Positions 20,197-29,202 of a stretch of DNA of 64,000 bases are shown in pieces. The DNA comes from a bacterium (GTDB lineage Bacteria; Electryoneota; Electryoneia; Electryoneales; Electryoneaceae): positions 3,296,001 to 3,360,000 of the forward strand of contig OY769902.1 of NCBI GenBank assembly GCA_963669175.1, given 5' to 3'. Every line of letters starts with the position of its first letter. Position 1 is the stretch's first letter. The notes beneath the pieces are model-generated. The model saw only the letters and a program-made list of their open reading frames with translations. It was not told the DNA's origin and ran no database searches. The position numbers were made by a program, and so were the translations under genes.

Positions 20197-20805
20197 TCAG
20201 GATTTTACTAACTGCCACAAGTCTTCAGCCATTTGCTGAGCTGTCTTGTCAATATCAATATCCGGATTAAAGGCCCACAGGTTCAGAAGGCCACGATGCA
20301 TGGAGAAAATTGTCAGTGCAAAATGGTTACTGTCGATGTTTCTGTTTACAAATCCCAGTTTTTTTCCGGATTCAAGCATGTTGACCAGGTCTGCGATGAC
20401 TTTTTCATTGCTTCTGGCAATACGGTTCCGAAGATGCTCGTTATTTCTTGCAACTTCGAAGAGAAAGCGGAGAACTTCAGAAGGCTCCAGTCGCTCTTCA
20501 GGAGAGTGCTCCACAGCAGGCACTGACCAGATCCCTCGATCTGGCGTGGAGAGCTCAAATACCGCGCGCAGTTTGTCGTATGTAGAGTTGTTGTTGCTCA
20601 TGGACGACTGTACCCTCAGGTAAAACTCCCTGGTGTAGAAGTCGACCACGGCTTCAGCCAGCGCTTCTTTGCTAATGAAGTGGTGGTATAAACCACCTTT
20701 AGATACGCCGGCTCTGCTGGCTATATCACTGACTGAAACCGTGTTGTAACCGTGCTTCAGGAACAGCCAGACTGCAGCTTGAATAATCTGAGTCTTGGTG
20801 TCCAT
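20197..20805 (-). CDS. TetR/AcrR-family transcriptional regulator (copy 2)
   Basis: Paralog of 15982-16581 with an identical recognition segment SKGGLYHHF. Confidence 0.92.
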   Translation of the reverse strand: MDTKTQIIQAAVWLFLKHGYNTVSVSDIASRAGVSKGGLYHHFISKEALAEAVVDFYTREFYLRVQSSMSNNNSTYDKLRAVFELSTPDRGIWSVPAVEHSPEERLEPSEVLRFLFEVARNNEHLRNRIARSNEKVIADLVNMLESGKKLGFVNRNIDSNHFALTIFSMHRGLLNLWAFNPDIDIDKTAQQMAEDLWQLVKS

Positions 20806-20822
20806 CAACCTTTCTCACCCAT

Positions 20823-20875
20823 CCGACCGTTCGGTCGGTTCAGGTAATACTAGATATCAGTTAGGCGAATGTCAA
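20823..20875 (-). promoter_or_regulatory. tetR copy 2 promoter with autoregulatory operator
   Basis: Minus-strand TTGACA (20875-20870), 17 bp, TAGTAT (20852-20847). Dyad CCGACCG-TT-CGGTCGG at 20823-20838 lies just downstream of the predicted +1. Confidence 0.82.
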
Positions 20876-21172
20876 GAGTTGATATGAGTTAAATCAGAAA
20901 AATCCAAAATTCCGAGAGACAGGAAAATTACATAGCGTTATTACACACCAACTATCATCACAATCTGATAAGATATAGCCGAATTACGTGTTCTTCAGAA
21001 TCTTTCTGGTAATTGTATTTTATAAATATAACATAGGTTACAGAAAAAGTGGGATATTTGAACTTCCTTGGCTTTGCGTAGCCTGCGAAAATATCTGTCG
21101 TATGCGATATCTTAGTAATGGCGAACCGCGAATTTCTTTCAGGAAAGGTAGTTACAGATTTCAGTCCAAGTC

Positions 21173-21496
21173 TCACAGAGCAACAGAAATCTTACCATTC
21201 TCTTCGTTTACCTCGTAGGTTGCCAGTCCCCATTCCGCAGGTGGTCTCATGGCACCGCCATTGAGAACGAGAAAACGTGCGCCATGACGTGGACATTCAA
21301 CTTCGCCGTCGACCAGTCTGCCTTCTTCCAGCAGACCACCGTTATGTGGACAATAGGCTGACAAAGCGTACACTTTACCTTTCCAGCGTGCCAGCAGGAT
21401 TGCTTTATCGTTGACATGAACGATACGCACGTCACCTTCGCCAACGTGCGTTGACCCGCAAGCGTACTGGAAACCTGTAGTGTCAGGATCTCCCAT
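21173..21496 (-). CDS. Rieske [2Fe-2S] ferredoxin
   Basis: CPH...ECPRHGARF motifs. Confidence 0.9.
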   Translation of the reverse strand: MGDPDTTGFQYACGSTHVGEGDVRIVHVNDKAILLARWKGKVYALSAYCPHNGGLLEEGRLVDGEVECPRHGARFLVLNGGAMRPPAEWGLATYEVNEENGKISVAL

Positions 21497-21502
21497 TGCA
21501 GA

Positions 21503-21958
21503 CTAACCCATCAAGGGGAGAACGACCTGAGTCATCCCGAAGAGGTTATCCCAGAAATCAGGATTGCTGCCTGTTTGAATAGCGGTAATGATCGCGCCGC
21601 CTGCGATTGCCAGCACAACGGCAAACACGATGATACCAATCAACGACAAGATGCCGTAGAGGATGAAATAAGTTCGCAGATTATTCATTGCGCCCATCAA
21701 AGCATCCTTGTCACCTGTTGCTGTGGCCAGGTCAATTTTCCCGGCGGCGCCCCAGATCACCACACCCATAATAATATTCAGGATTCCGACAGGAACTGAG
21801 AAGATGCCACCAATAATCAGCAGAATTGCGCTCAGTTTCATCCAGCCTTTGGCTTTAAAAAGGGCAAGGGCGATTTCTTTAACCGTCTCGTTACCACCCT
21901 TCGGCGAAGAGCTACCGACCACGACCGGCTCGGCACTTTCGTGTGTTGTGTCTGTCAT
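21503..21958 (-). CDS. Membrane protein, DUF5362-like
   Basis: KGWMKLSAIL...LRTYFILYGIL pattern with hydrophobic helices. ATG overlaps the upstream TGA (ATGA). Confidence 0.65.
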   Translation of the reverse strand: MTDTTHESAEPVVVGSSSPKGGNETVKEIALALFKAKGWMKLSAILLIIGGIFSVPVGILNIIMGVVIWGAAGKIDLATATGDKDALMGAMNNLRTYFILYGILSLIGIIVFAVVLAIAGGAIITAIQTGSNPDFWDNLFGMTQVVLPLMG

Positions 21959-22326
21959 GGTTTTTCCTTCCTGGTCTTGAGTTCTTCCCAAAATGCGAAT
22001 GCATGGCGAATATGGGGAATCGTGATTGAGCCCCCGACAAGCAAACCGATACTCATGGTTTCTTCAAACTCTTCATCTGAAATACCGGCTTTATAGGCTT
22101 CAATCTGGTGATACTGTATACAATCATCACATCGGAGAACCAGGGATGCCACAAGACCGAGCAGATGTTTTGTGCCTGCCGGCAGTGTCCCCTCACGATA
22201 GACTGCGGCATCCAGGTTCCAAAAACGCTTAATGCTGGTTCCAGCCTTGGCCAGAACCAGCTCGTTAAGCGTTTCACGTTCTTCTGAGAACTGATCAGGC
22301 GAATGCCTGTGTATAGCGTCAGACAC
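21955..22326 (-). CDS. Carboxymuconolactone decarboxylase/AhpD-family protein
   Basis: KHLLGLVASLVLRCDDCIQYH, VGGSITIPH. Confidence 0.88.
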   Translation of the reverse strand: MSDAIHRHSPDQFSEERETLNELVLAKAGTSIKRFWNLDAAVYREGTLPAGTKHLLGLVASLVLRCDDCIQYHQIEAYKAGISDEEFEETMSIGLLVGGSITIPHIRHAFAFWEELKTRKEKP

Positions 22327-22328
22327 TA

Positions 22329-23531
22329 TCAGATCTTCCTCAACGCCTGATCCATGTCCTGTTCCAGGTCGTTGTAATCTTCAATACCAACAGACCAACG
22401 GATCATATTGTCCTTGACCCCGGCAGCTTCACGTTCTTCCGGAGAATAGGAGGAAGTAACTGTAGAAGCGGGGTGGCAGATCAGGGAGTCGCAATCGCCA
22501 AGACTTACAGCTACAGTTGCCAGCTCAATATTATCCATCAACTTCTTGCCCTCTTCAAAGCCGCCAATGATCTCGAATGCAATCATACCACCGAAATCAC
22601 TCATTTGCTTCTTGGCGATTTCGTGCTGTGGATGGCTCTCAAGACCGGGATAGTAAACGTGTTCGACTTTGGGGTGGTTGGCAAGGAATTGGGCGAGTTT
22701 AGCAGCATTTTCGCAATGCTGGCGCATTCGAACATGGAGTGTTTTCAGGCCGCGAAGCAAAAGCCATGCGGAAAACGGCGCCATGGTCGGGCCGACGTTG
22801 GAGTGAACCCTGTTCCTGAGATTCTTGATATACTCTTCATTGCTGACAATACAACCACCGACAACGTCACCATGACCATTGATGTACTTGGTGGTGGAAT
22901 GAATGACTACGTCAGCGCCCAATGACAGCGGATTTTGAAGAATCGGGGTAGCGAATGTGTTGTCAACGATGACTGTCAAGCCATACTTGTGCCCCAGCTT
23001 CGTCAGTTCTTCGATATCGAGCACTGCCAGGGTTGGGTTGGCCGGAGTTTCAAAGAATAACGCTTTGCAATTTTTCGCGTTCTTGATCGTGTCTTCAACC
23101 ACATTCAAGTCAATGGCGCTAACTTCGTGGGCTGTTACGCCAAACCGAGGCAGTACATTCTGGAACTGGCCGTGTGTGCCGCCATACAGCGTATCGCCAG
23201 CAACGAAACTGCTGCCGGAATCGCATACTGTCATGATAGCATCAAAGATTGCCGCCAGACCGGAACCGGTGCCTACGGCTGCTTCACCACCCTCAAGACA
23301 AGCGATTTCACGCTCAAATGCATCTACTGTCGGATTGCTCAAACGGCTGTAGATATAACCATCAGCTTCACCTTTGAACAAGTCAGCGCCATGCTGGCTG
23401 TCACGGAAGGAGAAGGTGGAAGTCTGGTAAATCGGCAGACTGAGTGCGAGCGTATGCGGATCACCACCGCCATAACCATGAATCGCCTTAGTTCCAATAC
23501 CCCAGTTTTTGTTTACTTTGCCACTCATCAA
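22329..23531 (-). CDS. megL: Methionine gamma-lyase / Cys-Met metabolism PLP enzyme
   Basis: PIYQTSTF, YIYSRLSNPT, ETPANPT, VDNTFATP, HSTTKYINGHGDV, AVSLGDCDSLICHPAS. Confidence 0.8.
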   Translation of the reverse strand: MMSGKVNKNWGIGTKAIHGYGGGDPHTLALSLPIYQTSTFSFRDSQHGADLFKGEADGYIYSRLSNPTVDAFEREIACLEGGEAAVGTGSGLAAIFDAIMTVCDSGSSFVAGDTLYGGTHGQFQNVLPRFGVTAHEVSAIDLNVVEDTIKNAKNCKALFFETPANPTLAVLDIEELTKLGHKYGLTVIVDNTFATPILQNPLSLGADVVIHSTTKYINGHGDVVGGCIVSNEEYIKNLRNRVHSNVGPTMAPFSAWLLLRGLKTLHVRMRQHCENAAKLAQFLANHPKVEHVYYPGLESHPQHEIAKKQMSDFGGMIAFEIIGGFEEGKKLMDNIELATVAVSLGDCDSLICHPASTVTSSYSPEEREAAGVKDNMIRWSVGIEDYNDLEQDMDQALRKI

Positions 23532-23573
23532 ATGCCCCCTGTAATGTAAATGGGTTGTGTAGGTAACGGTTTG

Positions 23574-23987
23574 TTACGCCTTCGAGTTCAGCTCGGTCAA
23601 TACACCGGCTGTCGCTTTGGGATGCAGGAAACCAACCCTGGTTCCGGATGCGCCTGCTCTGCTTTCATGGTCAATCAAACGCACGCCTTTTTCGTCCATG
23701 ACCTTCAATGATTCATCCACATCATCAACATTAAAGCAGAGATGATGCAGACCCGGGCCACGCTTGTCCAAATGTTTGGCAATGGGGGAGTCCTCACTGG
23801 TCGGTTCAAGCAGTTCGATATGAACATCACCGACTTCAAACATGGCTACCTTGACTTTCTGGTCGCTCACTTCTTCAATCGCAAGAAGGTTAAGCCCGTA
23901 AACGTCACGGTAAAGCTTGATTCCCTCTTCCAGGTTCTGTACTGCAATCCCAATATGTCCAATCTTCCTTATCATGGAAGCCTCCAA
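23574..23987 (-). CDS. mce: Methylmalonyl-CoA epimerase
   Basis: HIGIAV, IELLEP, GPGLHHLCF, FLHPKATAGVLTEL. Start is 23987 or 23975. Confidence 0.92.
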   Translation of the reverse strand: MEASMIRKIGHIGIAVQNLEEGIKLYRDVYGLNLLAIEEVSDQKVKVAMFEVGDVHIELLEPTSEDSPIAKHLDKRGPGLHHLCFNVDDVDESLKVMDEKGVRLIDHESRAGASGTRVGFLHPKATAGVLTELNSKA

Positions 23988-23989
23988 AA

Positions 23990-24613
23990 CTAGAACATCA
24001 AACCAAATCTGTCCTTGATCTCTGAAATCAACTCTTCAGCAACTTCATCAGCGCCATTCAGGTTCAAGGAATGTGTATCTATAATGTGGACCGGACAGAT
24101 AGAAGCAGCACGCTCAGCCCAGCCCTCGTAAGCACGGTTTAACTCTTCCAGATAACTGCGTTGAATCGTTTTCTCCGATTCTCTACCTCTTTTGTTGATG
24201 CGGCCCAACAGCTCCTCTATGTCGGCGCGCAGGTAGATTACCAGGTCAGGCGGACGCAGATAGGATACCATGGTTTCAAACAACGAGCGATAGTTTTCAT
24301 AATCACGCGGCGTCATAAAACCCTGACGATGCAGAGTACGAGCGAATATCTCGACGTCTTCATAGATCGTACGATCCTGAATACAAGATCGAGTTGATGC
24401 AGAAATAATCCGTTGAGCTTCGAATCTTTTCGAAAGAAAATAGATCTGAAGGTGGAAACTCCACCGGTTCATATCTTTATAAAAGTCGTCCAGATATGGG
24501 TTGTCAATTACCGGTTCATAGAAAGTTTTCCAACCCAACGCTTTTCCAACCAAACCTGTTACTGTTGTCTTTCCGACACCAATGTTTCCCGAAATCGCTA
24601 CGTAGTGATTCAT
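23990..24613 (-). CDS. Deoxynucleoside kinase
   Basis: AISGNIGVGKTT P-loop, DRTIYED, PDLVIYL, RGRESE. Start ATG 24613. Confidence 0.92.
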   Translation of the reverse strand: MNHYVAISGNIGVGKTTVTGLVGKALGWKTFYEPVIDNPYLDDFYKDMNRWSFHLQIYFLSKRFEAQRIISASTRSCIQDRTIYEDVEIFARTLHRQGFMTPRDYENYRSLFETMVSYLRPPDLVIYLRADIEELLGRINKRGRESEKTIQRSYLEELNRAYEGWAERAASICPVHIIDTHSLNLNGADEVAEELISEIKDRFGLMF

Positions 24614-24762
24614 GCTTTTCCTCGTTTTAGCAACAAAGCAATATACGATTTTAACTGCACTTCGACAGGTTACCGCTCTCGAGATAAGAAGGGGTGAGGG
24701 CAATGAGAAACTGCGGCGGAAAAACAACAGCAGCAATGGGATGGTGCATCTATTCAGATGGG

Positions 24763-25308
24763 TTATTCTGTAGTTTCACTTGTGCTGATTTCAGTTGCCG
24801 TATCCAAAGGCGTTGCTGGTGAAAGAGACAGGGTAAACTTGATCTTCTCCACTTCCAGACCATAAACAAGATCAACCGGCACACTGTCAGGTTCAACTGA
24901 ATATGCTGAGTTGTCGGGGATGAAGCGTACTATATGATATCCTGGAGGGAGTTGCCGGATCAGTTTGTGTGCGCTGCCGACCTTTTCCCCGTTCAGCATC
25001 ACCTGTCCCGGGATGCCGTCCGTCTGCACAAGGATTTTAGGTGCAGTAAAGCGAACAACAAAGAAGATAATCAGGGCAACGCCGAAGAACATCCAACTGA
25101 GAAACAGAGAACGTCGCCTCGCCTGCGCCAGCTTAACCGGATCGCGGTTCCATGCGGATGACAGACGCTCTCTGCGTTTTTCACGATCATCAACAAGATG
25201 CTCGCGTCGCCGTTGTGCCTGTATCCGGCTGGAATCACGCACAAACGGATTCCCGGGTGGGACTTCGACCCGCTTTCTTTCCTGCTTTTGATGATCTTGT
25301 TCGTTCAC
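24763..25308 (-). CDS. Bitopic membrane protein with PEGA-like C-terminal domain
   Basis: Charged N-terminus, single TM helix, ILVQTDGIPGQVMLNG..LPPGYHIV. GTG start after GGGAGG. Confidence 0.55.
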   Translation of the reverse strand: MNEQDHQKQERKRVEVPPGNPFVRDSSRIQAQRRREHLVDDREKRRERLSSAWNRDPVKLAQARRRSLFLSWMFFGVALIIFFVVRFTAPKILVQTDGIPGQVMLNGEKVGSAHKLIRQLPPGYHIVRFIPDNSAYSVEPDSVPVDLVYGLEVEKIKFTLSLSPATPLDTATEISTSETTE

Positions 25309-25414
25309 GATTCCCTCCCGAATACCGAATGATTAATGGTAACGCTGTAAAGAAGGGACTGCAAGATTAAGCGAAAGCTTCTCTGATCTTTCATTAAGGC
25401 ATACCGGGAAAATC

Positions 25415-25430
25415 AGGCATAGCGCTTGCA
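25415..25430 (+). promoter_or_regulatory. Putative sigma54 (-24/-12) promoter
   Basis: AGGCAT-AGCGC-TTGCA with exact GG-N10-GC spacing, upstream of the 25658-28080 operon. Confidence 0.55.
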
Positions 25431-25657
25431 AATATACCAGGCAGAGTTCATTGAAAAGCTGTCCGGGTGAAACGTAAGAGCCTGAATATAATGATTTTGA
25501 TAACCTTTCTAGCTGTGGTTATTCTGCCACAGTGTCCAATGGAGGCATTATATGCACAGGTTATAATTTCTTTCAGGCTCACTTGAAGCGGATTGGACGG
25601 CTGAATATTTTGACATAACAGAAAACAACAACAAAGCGATAACATAACCCTGGAGGG

Positions 25658-26863
25658 GTGATCATGGGCGCGACGACGAGAAACATACTGGCAGGAAGCC
25701 TGATTCTGGCTTTCGTGTTCGGTTTGACCAGCGGCCTGTTTGCACAGATTACACCGATTGATGAGAATACAGTCTGGGTAGAGGCGCAAGGCCGTGCGGA
25801 CAAAGATGGCGACAATCACAAGCGTGAGAAGGAAGCACGCAACAATGCCAAGCGAAACGCGATCTTGCTGGTTGTGCAGCAGATTCTTACGGATCAGACT
25901 GAACGTGACGCCTTTTCCGCTATTGAAAACAGATTCCTTGAAGACTTTGAACAGTACATCCTGGATGTACAGCCTACACGGAAATATATCGATGCCAAGC
26001 GTATGGTCATGGGATTGAAGTTGAAGGTGAACAAAGACCTGGTTCGGCAAAACCTGGTAAACTTCGGCGTTATCTCCAGCGCAAAGGAAACCAGATTAAC
26101 GCTGGACCGCTTCACCATCATGCCTTACCTCGATGAAGAAGCCTCTTCGGCCGATGCCTTGAAGTGGAAAGACCTGTTCTACACACGGTTCAGAGCATTT
26201 TTCGAGCAGCAGGGCATTCCGACCATAGGCTATGATGAAGTCATGGCGGCAGAAGGGGATGAAGAGTACCTGACACGCGCAAAATCCAGTACAGCCGATG
26301 ACAACGAGGAAGATCTCGCACTTCAGATAGCCCGTAATACTCCTGCGGACATCTATGTGAAGATCGTCGCGCGGATTGAACATGGCGATTATCGTGGTAA
26401 CAAAGTCGACAAGGTCATTCTTACCGTTGGCGCCTATAACATCATGACCGGCGAATTTATTGGCAGCGGTGAAGGTTTCAGCGAGCCGATGTCGCTTTCC
26501 AGCACCGGAACAACCATTGCTGCCGGTATTGACCAGGCGATGAATGCGGCGATGAACACTGTGATGGATAGAATTACCAGTTTCTGGCGTGATTTTGTCC
26601 GCAATGGCCGTCCCGTCAAGTTGATCTTTACCGATTTTAGCTTCAGCGAACGTGGACAGATCAAGCGTATGCTTGAAGAGATCACCAATGATCAAAAGCT
26701 GTTGAAGCAGGCCGGAAATGTGACAGAATACATGGTCTGGTATGATGGTGATGTTCAGGATTTGATGTATGAAATCTATGAGAAGGGGCAGTTTGAGGGG
26801 AAGCTTGCTGAAGATCCTTCCCTGATATCCAGTTCTATCCGGTTCTACCGGAAAACAGAATAG
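25658..26863 (+). CDS. Exported protein with FlgT-N-like N-terminus and DUF6175/CsgG-like domain
   Basis: Signal peptide, VWVEAQGRA..ARNNAKRNAI, RFTIMPY, ADIYV..GAYNIMTGEFIGSGEG. Family call is from recalled patterns. Confidence 0.55.
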   Translation: MIMGATTRNILAGSLILAFVFGLTSGLFAQITPIDENTVWVEAQGRADKDGDNHKREKEARNNAKRNAILLVVQQILTDQTERDAFSAIENRFLEDFEQYILDVQPTRKYIDAKRMVMGLKLKVNKDLVRQNLVNFGVISSAKETRLTLDRFTIMPYLDEEASSADALKWKDLFYTRFRAFFEQQGIPTIGYDEVMAAEGDEEYLTRAKSSTADDNEEDLALQIARNTPADIYVKIVARIEHGDYRGNKVDKVILTVGAYNIMTGEFIGSGEGFSEPMSLSSTGTTIAAGIDQAMNAAMNTVMDRITSFWRDFVRNGRPVKLIFTDFSFSERGQIKRMLEEITNDQKLLKQAGNVTEYMVWYDGDVQDLMYEIYEKGQFEGKLAEDPSLISSSIRFYRKTE

Positions 26864-26940
26864 TACTACTCAGAGTTCGAGTATTACATACGGGAAACGT
26901 AAACCAAGACAGTACGTCTTACGAGATAAAGGAGCGCATC

Positions 26941-28080
26941 ATGAACGGGAAAACGGTACTTTGTATTGCGCTTGTGATAACGGGTGTGATTGTGCTGGCC
27001 GGGATAAGTCTGGCACAGGCAACCGTGGTTGAAGTAGATGGTTACGGTCAGACTTATGATGACGCGGTTCTTGACGCGCAGCGGACGGCAGTATCTGTGG
27101 TGATGGGGCAATATGTTGACAGCCGGACACTGGTACAGAATTTTGCGCTGCTTTCTGATCGCATCCTGACCAGTAGCAGCGGCTACGTCAAAGCCTATGA
27201 AGTCATCGAAGAAGGGCAGGTGGGAGGAAGCTATCGTGTGCGGATTCGTGCAGAAGTAGCTTCTACAACCATCCGGGATAATATTGATGCTATTGCTGTG
27301 CTTCAAGCGCATCAGGGCAACCCGCGTTTTGTTGTTGTTCCCGATCCCAATCCGCTGGCAGATCATTTCCGCCCAGGCGATCAGGTTGTTCTTGAGACGC
27401 AACGCGCAATTGAAAGCTACCTGGCTGAACGTCAAATGAATGTGGTGCAGGCGCCCATGGGATACGGTGGCGGCTCAGTTTCCGGAAGCGCGGGTATGCT
27501 GCGCGACCTTTCCCAGTATTCGGCAGGACTTGGCGCTGAGTACGCGGTCTATTTCTCGGTAAAAGGATCGCAGAAGGGGCGCAGCAGAACTTTCAACAAG
27601 GCTACAGTTGTTGTCAGTGTTAATATCGTGAATACGGGATCTTACAGGATCTTCGCTCAGGAAGAGGGGCGCTCCGAAGCCGGTGATGATACCGACATGA
27701 GCTTCGCCTTCCAGAAAGCTGCCAGCGATGCGGCGAGAAAAGCTATGCATCCTGCAATGGATAAACTGCTGGCTGACTGGTCAAGGGCCGGCACTACGGC
27801 AGGCGCTACCTATACGCTGAATCTGGAACAGGTTCAGGGCGATGACCTGGAGAAATTTGAAGAAGCGTTAAACCGAAGTGGAGCCGTGAAACAGGTTGAT
27901 CGCAGATCGTTTGTTGATGGCACGGCACAGCTTCATGTAACCGTGCAGGGCGCTGTGCGTGACCTCGGCGATGCAGTTGGAATCGTATTGCAGGAAACGG
28001 GGCTGGACTGGACATTGGTAGGATTCGATGGAAGCAGTCTTACCTATCGTACGAACAGCATTATCCTGTCAAAGGGATAA
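26941..28080 (+). CDS. Exported FlgT-N/LPP20-like protein
   Basis: Signal peptide, VEVDGYG..DAVLDAQRTAV..VDSRTLVQNFALLSDRILTSSSGYVKAYEVI..YRVRIRAEV. Confidence 0.62.
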   Translation: MNGKTVLCIALVITGVIVLAGISLAQATVVEVDGYGQTYDDAVLDAQRTAVSVVMGQYVDSRTLVQNFALLSDRILTSSSGYVKAYEVIEEGQVGGSYRVRIRAEVASTTIRDNIDAIAVLQAHQGNPRFVVVPDPNPLADHFRPGDQVVLETQRAIESYLAERQMNVVQAPMGYGGGSVSGSAGMLRDLSQYSAGLGAEYAVYFSVKGSQKGRSRTFNKATVVVSVNIVNTGSYRIFAQEEGRSEAGDDTDMSFAFQKAASDAARKAMHPAMDKLLADWSRAGTTAGATYTLNLEQVQGDDLEKFEEALNRSGAVKQVDRRSFVDGTAQLHVTVQGAVRDLGDAVGIVLQETGLDWTLVGFDGSSLTYRTNSIILSKG

Positions 28081-28127
28081 AAGAAGATACATGCCTCAAA
28101 AAGAAGATATACTATTCAGATAGATAC

Positions 28128-28160
28128 AAAAGAACCCCTGTTTGTGCAGGGGTTCTTTAT
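28128..28160. terminator. Bidirectional intrinsic terminator
   Basis: AAAGAACCCCTG-TTTGTG-CAGGGGTTCTTT. Confidence 0.85.
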
Positions 28161-28182
28161 TGGAGAAGCCTGAATTCAACTG

Positions 28183-28956
28183 TCACTGGCTTTGCTGTTT
28201 CTTCTGGTTTAACAGGTCAATATCCATATCGTTCAACCTGGCTTCGATCATCTTGGATATATCCAGCATGGCATCCTTTGCGCCGAGGTAGTCCATTGTT
28301 TTTATTTCTTCCGTATTGGCCATGTCTTTCAGGCTTTCGATTACACAGCTTATTTTATTGCATTCACGCTTGATCTTTTGCGTAGCTTCATCCATGTCTT
28401 CCTGTGAGGCTGGCATTTCATTGAGAAGATCCATGCTGCCGTTGATGATGGAGACAGAATTATTCAAGTGATGGGCAATTGTTACGATAAGCTGGGAAAG
28501 AGTATCGACCCGTGCTTTCGCTTCAGCGTTACGGTTGCGTTGTTTGAAAGAAAGTCTTGAACGGATCCGGGTGACCAGTTCCGTAGGGTCAAAAGGTTTG
28601 ACTATATAATCGACAGCGCCAAGCTCGAAACCTTTGGCCTTACTGCTGATATCCTGTTGCGCACTCAGGAATAATATTGGAACATCCTTCAGATCATCAT
28701 CACGATGCAGGATATCAGCCGCCTGAAACCCATTCATGACAGGCATGTTGATATCCATGATGATCAGATCAGGTTTAACTTGTTGAGCTATGGAGACGCC
28801 GTCCTGACCGTTTTCTGCGGAATATACTTCGTATCCTTCGTCTTCAAGGATCATGCGAAGTAACTTCAGAAAAACGGTCTCGTCCTCAACTATGAGTAAC
28901 CGTCCTGTTTCAGGAACAGGGGATTCTTCTTGATCGTTCAATTTAAACGTAAGCAT
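28183..28956 (-). CDS. Response regulator receiver fused to HisKA-like dimerisation helix pair
   Basis: LLIVEDE, MDINMP, YIVKPF receiver followed by TIAHHLNN. No ATPase domain. Start is uncertain. Confidence 0.8.
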   Translation of the reverse strand: MLTFKLNDQEESPVPETGRLLIVEDETVFLKLLRMILEDEGYEVYSAENGQDGVSIAQQVKPDLIIMDINMPVMNGFQAADILHRDDDLKDVPILFLSAQQDISSKAKGFELGAVDYIVKPFDPTELVTRIRSRLSFKQRNRNAEAKARVDTLSQLIVTIAHHLNNSVSIINGSMDLLNEMPASQEDMDEATQKIKRECNKISCVIESLKDMANTEEIKTMDYLGAKDAMLDISKMIEARLNDMDIDLLNQKKQQSQ

Positions 28957-29202
28957 GCTCTGTTGATGTCCCGTCAATATGAAAAGGTTCACTTAAAGTT
29001 CGGAGTATATAATGGATGAAAGCAAAAGGAAAATTGGTGATGCGCTCAAAGGCGAGAATCAGTAAGGTCACTATAATTATCATGTTAATCGGATATGGCC
29101 GGGAACACTATTCTAAACCCGGACAAATGATGATAGAGGCCGGGGGGTACATTTTTCTTATATTTATTATAGAAAAGGAAGTAGAGGAGGTAAGCACGGT
29201 CC

